This document shows, piece by piece, positions 19,564-28,146 of a stretch of DNA of 60,215 bases (position 1 is the stretch's first letter; every line of letters starts with the position of its first letter). Source of the stretch: a virus (Duplodnaviria > Caudoviricetes); IMG/VR virus record IMGVR_UViG_3300013131_003128, positions 1-60,215 of that record. One strand, 5' to 3'. The position numbers and the translations under genes are program-made. The notes under the pieces are model-generated. The model saw only the letters and a program-made list of their open reading frames with translations. It ran no database searches and was not told the origin of the DNA.

Positions 19564-20411
19564 ACTTGTAGTTCTTTGTTAATCACATTATCTAAACTAA
19601 ATTTATTCATAACGTGCAAATTAATATTTTTGGCAGCTGTTTTTACGTAAGACGATCCTGTAAATAATGATAATTGCCATCTGTTATTTTCAAAATGTTC
19701 TGCTTTGTCCCTGTCTGTGATATAATAAAGAGAATCTGGAATTTTAAAAGGCCAAACACTTTTTACATGACCATTCAATATGTGTATGGCCATGCTAAAT
19801 GCAAAGTCATTCCTAAAATTTATTTCAGGTATTTGCCATACGAACCTATAGTAGTTCCAATTGTTGTTTATATGATTAATAATTTCAAATAATTTACACA
19901 CTCTTTGCGTTTTTTTAAAATAAAACACTGTAGCCCAATACATCTCCATACCTGTGTCGCTGATGTATTTTATTTTCCATTCAGATTGGTTAAAATAATT
20001 GATGTAAATGGATTTTTGATGTATTAAAAAATCTTCTTTGCTGTGAAAACATTTTAATAAATTGGAATTGCCTAATATGTAATCAGTGTCCATCACAATA
20101 GTTTCATCATACGGAGTCAATTCATAAGCAGTGGATCTAAGATGATTTTTCCATAAATCATTTATTTTATTTTCAGCGCCGTTGTAAAAATCTCTAGTTT
20201 GTGTGGTGTCAAATTTTTCCACAGCAATCACTTTGTCAAATATTTTAACGTGTTTTTTGTAATTCATGTGCAAGTGTGCTTGATTGGACGTGACTAAAGT
20301 CACAGGTATTTGCAAATATTTTTTAACCTGCATTGCTGCAAATATGCTCTGCTTGACATAGTCCACTGTCTGATTATTGTGTGCAAACATCAACACTCCG
20401 TGCGAGTTCAT
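19560..20411 (-). CDS. Glycosyltransferase-like protein (GT8-like)
   Basis: TPYDETIVMDTDY (DxD), FRNDFAFS, HVMNK. Confidence 0.7.
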   Translation of the reverse strand: MNSHGVLMFAHNNQTVDYVKQSIFAAMQVKKYLQIPVTLVTSNQAHLHMNYKKHVKIFDKVIAVEKFDTTQTRDFYNGAENKINDLWKNHLRSTAYELTPYDETIVMDTDYILGNSNLLKCFHSKEDFLIHQKSIYINYFNQSEWKIKYISDTGMEMYWATVFYFKKTQRVCKLFEIINHINNNWNYYRFVWQIPEINFRNDFAFSMAIHILNGHVKSVWPFKIPDSLYYITDRDKAEHFENNRWQLSLFTGSSYVKTAAKNINLHVMNKFSLDNVINKELQV

Positions 20412-20415
20412 TTTA

Positions 20416-20757
20416 TTACACTTTTCCTTTATTTGCTAAAAGATGTTGATACTCTGTATGATATTGATTAAGATTTGTTTGATAAAGATTCCACGCAGCA
20501 TCATTAAATGAAATTAAATCAGTCACCAAAACTGGATTTTGAAAATCATCTAATAAAACCACATCTTTATCTCTTTTACGATCAATATAATTTTGACACA
20601 ACTGCAAGAGATAATGATTTACCGTAAATTGTGATCCTTGATAAAATAATATGTTACTGTCAATGAACTGATCTTTCAGCAATTTTAACTGATTATTGAA
20701 ATTTATCATTTCAACAGATATAGATATGCTGTCTTGTGTGATGTTTGTTTTATTCAT
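20416..20757 (-). CDS. Hypothetical protein, first gene of the glycosyltransferase/radical SAM operon
   Basis: 113 aa with a GGGAG SD and upstream promoters. Confidence 0.7.
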   Translation of the reverse strand: MNKTNITQDSISISVEMINFNNQLKLLKDQFIDSNILFYQGSQFTVNHYLLQLCQNYIDRKRDKDVVLLDDFQNPVLVTDLISFNDAAWNLYQTNLNQYHTEYQHLLANKGKV

Positions 20758-20772
20758 AATTCTCCCTTTTAA

Positions 20773-20801
20773 AGTATATCACTTTTGATATGCAAAGTCA
20801 A
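20773..20801 (-). promoter_or_regulatory. Sigma70-type promoter
   Basis: TTGACT (20801-20796), 17-nt spacer, TATACT (20778-20773). A late-type CTAAATA lies just upstream (20811-20817). Confidence 0.75.
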
Positions 20802-20849
20802 CTGCAATCTTATTTAGATGTGTAAAATTTTGGCTAGGTGTAGAATGGT

Positions 20850-21749
20850 TTAGGCTGTGACTGTGCCGCTCATGGCACCAAAAGTGGGTTCTGTGATGGT
20901 GATGGGATCACTCAGTGCACCGTTGGCTATGCGTCTGTTCACATTGATGTTGAGATTGGCTTGTACATCTTCATCTATATTGCCTGCAGCAGCATCATCC
21001 AGTGTGATTTGAAACTCAATCACCAGGCTGGAAATATCTGTGAATCTCACCTGAATGTTGAAATTGCTGGCTGTGTACACACCACCGCCAACACTGGAAT
21101 ACACTGTTTGATAACTGGTGGTCAGTGTGGTGTAGGCCACGGACGAAGTCAGTGTGCCACCTGAACCTGATCTGCTGGAAGCAAGATTAGCAAAAGTCAA
21201 AGTTCCCATATTAGTAATAAACATTGTGTTCCAATCATCGTTTTTAGCTGTGCCAGCTGTGACATTCATATCAATCTGCACTGCTCCACCTGAGTTAAAA
21301 AAATGTCTAGCATCATTGGTGCTGGCAAAAGTCACTGTGAAGTTGCCCACACGTGTGGCATTCCAAGTGGTGGTTCTCACATAACTGGATGCTGTGTTGT
21401 CTGTGGTTAATCTGCTGGCGCTGATGGTGTTCCTGTTGGTGTTGATGTTGGTGGCCAGTGTTTCAAAATTTGCATATGAATTATTGAGCGCATTGACGTC
21501 ATCCACTGTGTTAGCAGTGCTGACCACAGCCAATGTGGGATATGAATTGTTTTGATGCAGATAGGCTTTGCGAATGTCCAATCTCAAAGTGTTCATGTGA
21601 TCGTCTTCAATCAACTGATTTTGTGCCACTTGCGAACTTTGTAACCCTTGACCATAACCAGCATCTCCTGATCCTGTGCTCAGCACATTGGCCACTGTGG
21701 ACTGTATGATGTTGTATCTTGCTGCTGTAATTATATCACCTACTGCCAT
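20850..21749 (-). CDS. Putative virion structural protein (tail/fibre associated)
   Basis: Thr/Ser/Asn/Gly-rich beta-type sequence, ARHFFNSGG; follows the fibre genes; late box CTAAATA at 21769-21775. Confidence 0.65.
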   Translation of the reverse strand: MAVGDIITAARYNIIQSTVANVLSTGSGDAGYGQGLQSSQVAQNQLIEDDHMNTLRLDIRKAYLHQNNSYPTLAVVSTANTVDDVNALNNSYANFETLATNINTNRNTISASRLTTDNTASSYVRTTTWNATRVGNFTVTFASTNDARHFFNSGGAVQIDMNVTAGTAKNDDWNTMFITNMGTLTFANLASSRSGSGGTLTSSVAYTTLTTSYQTVYSSVGGGVYTASNFNIQVRFTDISSLVIEFQITLDDAAAGNIDEDVQANLNINVNRRIANGALSDPITITEPTFGAMSGTVTA

Positions 21750-21820
21750 AAACTATTTCCTATGTGAGTATTTAGTTGGGTTAAACTGTCCCGTGCGTAT
21801 TTTAGACATCATAAGGATTA

Positions 21821-23257
21821 TTATTTGATATAACACTCAACCAGTTTGACGCCTGATCTGCTGTCAGTTTCCAAAGTGACTGCAAAATAATCACCTTCTG
21901 TGACTTTGATACCAATTCCTGCTGTGCTGCTGACTCCAATTTTGTCACCTTTGACTACTGTGCCTGTTACCAAAACTGGCACTCTGCCTTTGATAGCCAC
22001 TGCAGTGCCGCCTTGCAGTTCAGCGTTCATCAAATATGCTGGAGCGCCGCTCACCACGCCTACCACTATGCTGCCTTGAGTGGCTTTTTGAATTTCTTTT
22101 GCACCGCCTATGCTCATCACGGTGCCAATGGGATGATTTTCATCTGCCAAATATTTCTCTGCCAAGTCCGCATATCTTGCTTGAGTGGCCACGCCATTGA
22201 AAATGTTTGCCGTCAAATTGCCTGAAGCATCTCGCAACGCCACTGTGTTCACACCTGCAACAGTTGATCCGCTGTACAGTGTGGAACTCACTTTGATTGC
22301 TGTGGCTTCCGATGCTAATCCTGTGAAGTTGGTAGCATACACGTTGCTGAACACATTTGCTACTGTGCCCAAAGTGAATGTGTTGGTTATCTGTGGATTG
22401 ATACCTGTAGCAGTCACACTCACTGAGTGTGTGTTGCTGGCTCCCATTTTGATTATTGAACCCACTTCATTGATAATTCTGCCTTCGTTGCCGTTGATGA
22501 TGCTCACTCTAAGATCATTGCCGGTGCCCACTGTGAAACCTGTGTCATCAAAATTGGTGTTGCCACCCACTTGTAAAAAGTTAGCAGCATCCACTCCACC
22601 CAATTTTAGTGCGTTGGACGCTGTGCCCCAGAATCTATGATCTGTGCTGGTCACTCCACCTGTGGCGTTCTGTGTGTTCACCATGGTGATACCTTTTTTC
22701 ACACTGTCAAAACCTGTGATGAATTGAGTGGGATCCACTGTGTTGATGGTAAATGCACTGTTGCTGATTAAGAATACTGTGACATCATCTATGATGCCTT
22801 CTATGATGGGTTGATTCACATTCAGTGTGTCTTTGACTGTGCGACTTTTCAACTGAGTGGTTGTGGCTCCTACTCCTTGTGGTCCCACCAACACAAATGC
22901 TGAGCCATTGTAAGCATACAATTGATCATTGGCAGTGTCCCACCAAAAATCTCCAGTGGTCAATCCAGCTGGTTGAGAGGTGCCCACTTCAGCACCACCA
23001 GTGGTTCTGAATTTCACTCCGTCGTAAAATTTTAATTTGTTGGCTGCTGTGTCAAACCATATCTGTCCATCCAGTGGTCTGCTGGGTGCATTGTTGCTGG
23101 CAAAATTTTCCAATAAATGCACAAAGTTTTCATTTTGAATTTCTCCGTAGCCAGCATAGTTTCTGCCCACCAGTTTGAGGTTAGTGGTTTGATCAATGGT
23201 ACCATCTTGAATATAGGTAAGCAGTGTTCCATTAGTTAGATCTATTTGATATGGCAT
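21821..23257 (-). CDS. Tail fibre-like protein with C-terminal intramolecular-chaperone-like domain
   Basis: Shared N-terminal module (LVGRNYAGYGEIQNENFVHLLENFAS...GQIWFD); C-terminal YADLAEKY...GRVPV. Confidence 0.75.
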   Translation of the reverse strand: MPYQIDLTNGTLLTYIQDGTIDQTTNLKLVGRNYAGYGEIQNENFVHLLENFASNNAPSRPLDGQIWFDTAANKLKFYDGVKFRTTGGAEVGTSQPAGLTTGDFWWDTANDQLYAYNGSAFVLVGPQGVGATTTQLKSRTVKDTLNVNQPIIEGIIDDVTVFLISNSAFTINTVDPTQFITGFDSVKKGITMVNTQNATGGVTSTDHRFWGTASNALKLGGVDAANFLQVGGNTNFDDTGFTVGTGNDLRVSIINGNEGRIINEVGSIIKMGASNTHSVSVTATGINPQITNTFTLGTVANVFSNVYATNFTGLASEATAIKVSSTLYSGSTVAGVNTVALRDASGNLTANIFNGVATQARYADLAEKYLADENHPIGTVMSIGGAKEIQKATQGSIVVGVVSGAPAYLMNAELQGGTAVAIKGRVPVLVTGTVVKGDKIGVSSTAGIGIKVTEGDYFAVTLETDSRSGVKLVECYIK

Positions 23258-23285
23258 ATTTTTTTTCCTTTTACAAGTTTATTTA

Positions 23286-25481
23286 TCAAACCACAGTGGA
23301 TGTCAAATTGCTGTGAAATGTCCAAGCACCCCCTGAAACTATGAATTGTTTAAGACCTCTGTTGACCACAGCAGTCACAGTGCCTGTCACAGTGTTGAAA
23401 GCCACATCCTGCAGCACAGTTTTGTTCGAATTGCCCAGTTGGGGTGTTCTTACCACAGCAGCACTGCCGGCGTTGTACAGTCCACCTGCCACTGAATCAA
23501 TAGTAGGTATAGTGGCTGAAATATCTATGTCAAATTGTGTGCTGGGAATGGCATTTTCTATCACTTTGGCCACCGTGTATGTGCCATCAAATCCTGTGGG
23601 AGCAAACACTCCTGCGCCGTTGCAACCTGAAATGGTCACTGTGTTGCCCACTTCATAAAAATGTGCTGTCAAACTGGTAATTCTTATATGACCTGGATCC
23701 AACAATGCTGCACCGCTGAGAGTAGTTTGAATAGTCTGCACTGTGTTGGGAGCAGCATTCAAAGTCTGATCCACCGCAGTGGTTGATTTGTCCAATCCTG
23801 ATTCCAAATTTGCTCCAGGAATATTCACGTTCAATGAACCTGACTCCACGGTGTGTACTCTAGCTATTCTACCTGTGGCACTGGCGGGTATTCCCAATCC
23901 GGCTCCAGCATATCCAGCCACTGGATAAAGATCATTCAATAAATTTATGATGCTGCCATTTACTCCGGCTCCTAGCAGAGAAAATCCTGTGATGTCTACC
24001 ACTAGACTGATGGGCAAGTATCCATCCACATAATCTTTTCTGGTGGCATCTGTGGCAGCTGACGGCAATCCCAGCCCAGTGATTCTCGCTGAACCTTGCA
24101 CGCTGATAATGTTTGTGCTGGCTTGCAATTGTAAATTTCCTGTGGCACTGATGGTGATGCCTGACAGTGATAAATTGCCCACATTCAAAGTGGTCAAGGT
24201 ACCAATGCCTGTCAAACCTGGTGCGCTGGTCACTGTGGCACCCAATGTGGTGCTGCTCAACACGCTAGTACCGTTGATCTTGTATTCTTTGCCAGTGGCT
24301 AGATTAAAATGTTCTGAACTTTTCCAAGTGTCTGTGGCATCCTGCCACAATAATGTTTTGTCTCCTGCTGTGGATTTCAGCACAATACCACCACCATCTA
24401 TGTAGGCATCATTGCCCAATGCTGTGCCGGTGATAGTGGCCAATTCTATGGTCTTGTCTTCCACTCTTAAATCTTCTGCTGTGACTGCTGTGCTGCTGCC
24501 GCTGGTGATTAGATTGCCTTGTATTCTCACATCTCCTGTGATGTCCAATGAGTACGCAGGAGTGGTGTTGAATATGCCCACTCTGGCAGCACTGCCATCC
24601 ACAAATATGGCTGTGTACTCTGCAGGATTTTTAGCGTTGATAGCAATATCAGCATTGCTCACATTGCTTACAATAATATTAGAGTTGGGCAGAGTCGCAC
24701 TGCCAAATTTCAATTGAAGACTGTCATTCAATCCCAAAGTCAATCCTGAATTATTTTGTATTTTTAAACTGCCTGTGGTGACATCGTTGGCATCACTGCG
24801 CAAAAATGAATCAGCCAATATAGTGGTGCCTAATCCATCAATCAATCCTTCTGCCAATGTGGCAATGCCTCTGTATTTGTATGCATTGTTGACAAGATTA
24901 AAACCTGGATAAATGATTCCCAACGGATTGGATCCTGTGATCAATTCGGAAATCACTTGAGCTGCTATGGGAGTAAATTGTGCAGCACTCCAAACACCTA
25001 TCAATGTGTTTTGCACAAAAAATTTCAATACTGTTTTGGTTTGATTTTGTGTGTTCAATATGCTTTGAGCCACAAAGCCTGACACACCTTGTGCTGCTGT
25101 GTGTGTTGGACCCACCAGCACCAAATCAGTGCCGTCGAAGAAACTCATCTGATTGGTGAGACTGTTGAGCCAAATATCACCAGTGGCTAAATTGGGTTGT
25201 GTGCTGGCCACAATAATGCCATTGGTAGCAAATGCTGTGCCATTGTAAACTTTCAATCTGTTTTCCGCAGTGTCATACCACAATTGACCACGCATAGGAT
25301 TTGCGGGAGCAGATGAACTGGCAAAATTTTCCAGCATCTTCACAAAGTTTTCATTGATTAATTCTCCAAAGCCTTTGTAGTTTCTTCCAATCAGTGTGAT
25401 ATCTGATGCTGATGTATCTATGCTGCCGTCCAGCAGATCCACCAATAGTGTGCCGTCAGTTTTGTTTATTTTGTAACTCAT
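23286..25481 (-). CDS. Tail fibre-like protein
   Basis: Same N-terminal module (LIGRNYKGFGELINENFVKMLENFAS...GQLWYD); Gly/Thr-rich shaft. Confidence 0.75.
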   Translation of the reverse strand: MSYKINKTDGTLLVDLLDGSIDTSASDITLIGRNYKGFGELINENFVKMLENFASSSAPANPMRGQLWYDTAENRLKVYNGTAFATNGIIVASTQPNLATGDIWLNSLTNQMSFFDGTDLVLVGPTHTAAQGVSGFVAQSILNTQNQTKTVLKFFVQNTLIGVWSAAQFTPIAAQVISELITGSNPLGIIYPGFNLVNNAYKYRGIATLAEGLIDGLGTTILADSFLRSDANDVTTGSLKIQNNSGLTLGLNDSLQLKFGSATLPNSNIIVSNVSNADIAINAKNPAEYTAIFVDGSAARVGIFNTTPAYSLDITGDVRIQGNLITSGSSTAVTAEDLRVEDKTIELATITGTALGNDAYIDGGGIVLKSTAGDKTLLWQDATDTWKSSEHFNLATGKEYKINGTSVLSSTTLGATVTSAPGLTGIGTLTTLNVGNLSLSGITISATGNLQLQASTNIISVQGSARITGLGLPSAATDATRKDYVDGYLPISLVVDITGFSLLGAGVNGSIINLLNDLYPVAGYAGAGLGIPASATGRIARVHTVESGSLNVNIPGANLESGLDKSTTAVDQTLNAAPNTVQTIQTTLSGAALLDPGHIRITSLTAHFYEVGNTVTISGCNGAGVFAPTGFDGTYTVAKVIENAIPSTQFDIDISATIPTIDSVAGGLYNAGSAAVVRTPQLGNSNKTVLQDVAFNTVTGTVTAVVNRGLKQFIVSGGAWTFHSNLTSTVV

Positions 25482-27508
25482 TATGGTGTTTGTCCTGTGT
25501 AAATTATATAATTGATGGTCAAGAATGGATTCATCACGTCCTGTGGTTGCCCCAGTGTGGGATTGGCCACTCCACCGCTAGATGATATAGCAGAACCTTG
25601 TCCTGTGCCTGTGGGCGCATCATAAGTGATTGCTGTGACTTCACCTGCTCCTACGCCTGGCACATCTCTAATTGCATAATATTGTGCACCTGCTGCACCT
25701 TGCAAATCATGTTCGTGTTCAGGTAAATTTTGTATGCCTATGGTTTTATTTTCTGTGCCACCAAATCCTCCCACTGAATCAGCAGCCACATCTGTGACTC
25801 TGTTGGCTCCTGTGCCTCCCATGTTGTCTCGACCCAAAGGCAGTCTGCCTCTCAAATCAGGCAATAAAAAATATGACCCGGTGCCACTGGGTGGTGTACC
25901 AAAACTGTGTCCTACCACAGCAAATAATTCGGGATATGTGCTTCTTAACACTTCTGATCCATCACACAACAACCAGTATGCAGGTGTTGAGGAGCCAGCA
26001 TAGGGAAAAATACTGCCTGCAGGAATTTTAGCAATGGCATTGAATAGATTGTCTCTGCCAATTTTGAAAACTCCTGTGGTGCCTGACACTCTGTTGAAAA
26101 TAAATTCATCACTGGACAAAGAGCTGGCCTGTGCTGTTTTATTGGCTATAAAACTGTTGCTGACCGAAGTCACAAAAGTTTTTGTTGTGCCACCCGTTTG
26201 TCCATCAAACGTAAAACTTGGGGCACTCACATCACCACTCATCTCAAATGTGGTCAAACTGGTCAATTTATTGCTGGTTCCTGAAGCACCACTCACTGTG
26301 CCTGTGATGTTGCCTATGAGATTGCCCACAAAATTATTGGCATATATGTTCAAATATCTATTGCTGACTGAACCAATATTGTAAGTGTTGTTGGCATTGG
26401 GTGCAATGTCTCTACTGGTGACACTGTCTTGAAAAGTGGCAGCTTCTCCCACATATAATTTTTTAGCTATGCCAACTCCACCTTTTACTATTAGTGCGCC
26501 AGTGCTGACATTGTTGGCATTGGTCACTGCGTCCACATATAGTTCTCCACTTGACTTGATGTTGCCTGTGACATCCAGTGCTTCGGCTGGTGCTGAATTG
26601 TTGATGCCCACATTGGTGTTGGAATCTATTCTCATCACTGTGCGAGTGACACCTTGATCATTCACTCTAAAATCAATATTGGCTCCTGCTGTTCTATGAC
26701 TGATTACGGCTGCTTGTCCTTCAATGCCAATGTTAAATATGGCACTGTTGCCCACATCCAACCCATCATTGTTGTTGATTTTTAGTGAAAAGTCAGCAAT
26801 ATTGGCTTTGTCTTTTCTTAAAAACAAAGATCCTGAAACCACTTCGCTGTTGGCAGCGATCAGTGCATCTGCTTTCTGTGCAGTGCCATAAAATTTACCC
26901 ACTCCTGCACCTTCTATGTTGGCAGCGCTGAGATTGACTCCTGGTTGAATGGTACTAAATCCTGTGATGGCAGCCTTGGGAGTGAAGGCTTTGGTGCTGA
27001 TGATGGCCACTGGTTTGGCTTGCACTTCCAATAGAACTACAGTGTAGGTCACATTGTCTGTGCCTATGATTTCATATGGCTTGCTGCCTGTGCTCAATCC
27101 TTGACTGAATTCTGGTCCTACCAACACCCAACCTGATCCTGTGAAAAGATACAATTGTTGATTGTCTGTGTCCACCCAAAGGTCACCCACCACACTCTCG
27201 CCAGCTGCTGGTTGAGTGAGTGCTTTTTTTAATCCGCCTGCTGCTACCCACTGTGTGCCGTCATAAATTTTTAATTGGTCCACGCCCACTGTGGTATCAT
27301 ACCACAACTGGCCTTCCACTGCATTCACAGGAGCAGTGTTCTTGGCAAAATTTTCTAACAAATGTAAAAAATTTTCTGCTATAATGGTACCATATGAAGT
27401 GGTATTTCGTCCTGGTAATGACAAACTGGTCTGTTGATTGACTGTGCCGTCGTCCACAGTAAGACTGCCTTTGTTGACCACATCTGTAAAATTTACTGTG
27501 TATGCCAT
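25481..27508 (-). CDS. Tail fibre with tail-collar domain (gp12-like)
   Basis: Same N-terminal module; collar motif PAGSIFPYAG...WLLCDGS...YPELFAVVG...LPDLRGR; HEH; terminal NPFLTINYII. Confidence 0.85.
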   Translation of the reverse strand: MAYTVNFTDVVNKGSLTVDDGTVNQQTSLSLPGRNTTSYGTIIAENFLHLLENFAKNTAPVNAVEGQLWYDTTVGVDQLKIYDGTQWVAAGGLKKALTQPAAGESVVGDLWVDTDNQQLYLFTGSGWVLVGPEFSQGLSTGSKPYEIIGTDNVTYTVVLLEVQAKPVAIISTKAFTPKAAITGFSTIQPGVNLSAANIEGAGVGKFYGTAQKADALIAANSEVVSGSLFLRKDKANIADFSLKINNNDGLDVGNSAIFNIGIEGQAAVISHRTAGANIDFRVNDQGVTRTVMRIDSNTNVGINNSAPAEALDVTGNIKSSGELYVDAVTNANNVSTGALIVKGGVGIAKKLYVGEAATFQDSVTSRDIAPNANNTYNIGSVSNRYLNIYANNFVGNLIGNITGTVSGASGTSNKLTSLTTFEMSGDVSAPSFTFDGQTGGTTKTFVTSVSNSFIANKTAQASSLSSDEFIFNRVSGTTGVFKIGRDNLFNAIAKIPAGSIFPYAGSSTPAYWLLCDGSEVLRSTYPELFAVVGHSFGTPPSGTGSYFLLPDLRGRLPLGRDNMGGTGANRVTDVAADSVGGFGGTENKTIGIQNLPEHEHDLQGAAGAQYYAIRDVPGVGAGEVTAITYDAPTGTGQGSAISSSGGVANPTLGQPQDVMNPFLTINYIIYTGQTP

Positions 27509-27520
27509 ATTTTATGTCAA

Positions 27521-28123
27521 TTATAAACCAGATAAACTTTGTATTCTTACTGTGTAATCTATCTGTATTAACCTGTTTAAACTTTTTTGCACTGGATGAA
27601 ATATCACGTGAGTTAATAATCTACCTGTGCCTGAACTGGAGTAGCTCTGCAATCCCAATTCATCAAACACGTACAAATTTTCTGTGCCTGTGGCAGCGTC
27701 CACTGCATCCTGACCGCTGGGCTCACCATAATCCAACAAACAAGTGACCAATATATCTGTGTAATTGGTGCCACTGACGTGACGAGTTTCGATTTTGTTT
27801 CTCACAGGGTCTGTGTTGCTGACTGATCTGTCATCCACCACTTTGCTGAATGTTTGATTATACAGTGTGGCATTCGTGCCGGTGCTGTTAGGAGTAAGAT
27901 AGGTCACTATGCCTGTGGGATCAATGTAGGTACCACCTGTGCCGAACACCATGGAATTGATAAATCCTTGACCTTCATTGGCCAAACTTTCTGCCAATCC
28001 TATGCTCATGTTTTCATAGTGTATTGCATTGCGTTGATTGACCAGAATTTCACCAGTGTTTGGATCCAATATTTTGATGTGTCCTTGTATCAGTGTGCCG
28101 TTGTGTTCGTTAAAATTGTTCAT
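27521..28123 (-). CDS. Putative baseplate/fibre-attachment structural protein
   Basis: GHIKI...NAIH...FDELGL...HPVQKS...IDYTVRI; late box at 28144-28150. Confidence 0.6.
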   Translation of the reverse strand: MNNFNEHNGTLIQGHIKILDPNTGEILVNQRNAIHYENMSIGLAESLANEGQGFINSMVFGTGGTYIDPTGIVTYLTPNSTGTNATLYNQTFSKVVDDRSVSNTDPVRNKIETRHVSGTNYTDILVTCLLDYGEPSGQDAVDAATGTENLYVFDELGLQSYSSSGTGRLLTHVIFHPVQKSLNRLIQIDYTVRIQSLSGL

Positions 28124-28146
28124 TAAATCATCCTTTTATCATGTAT

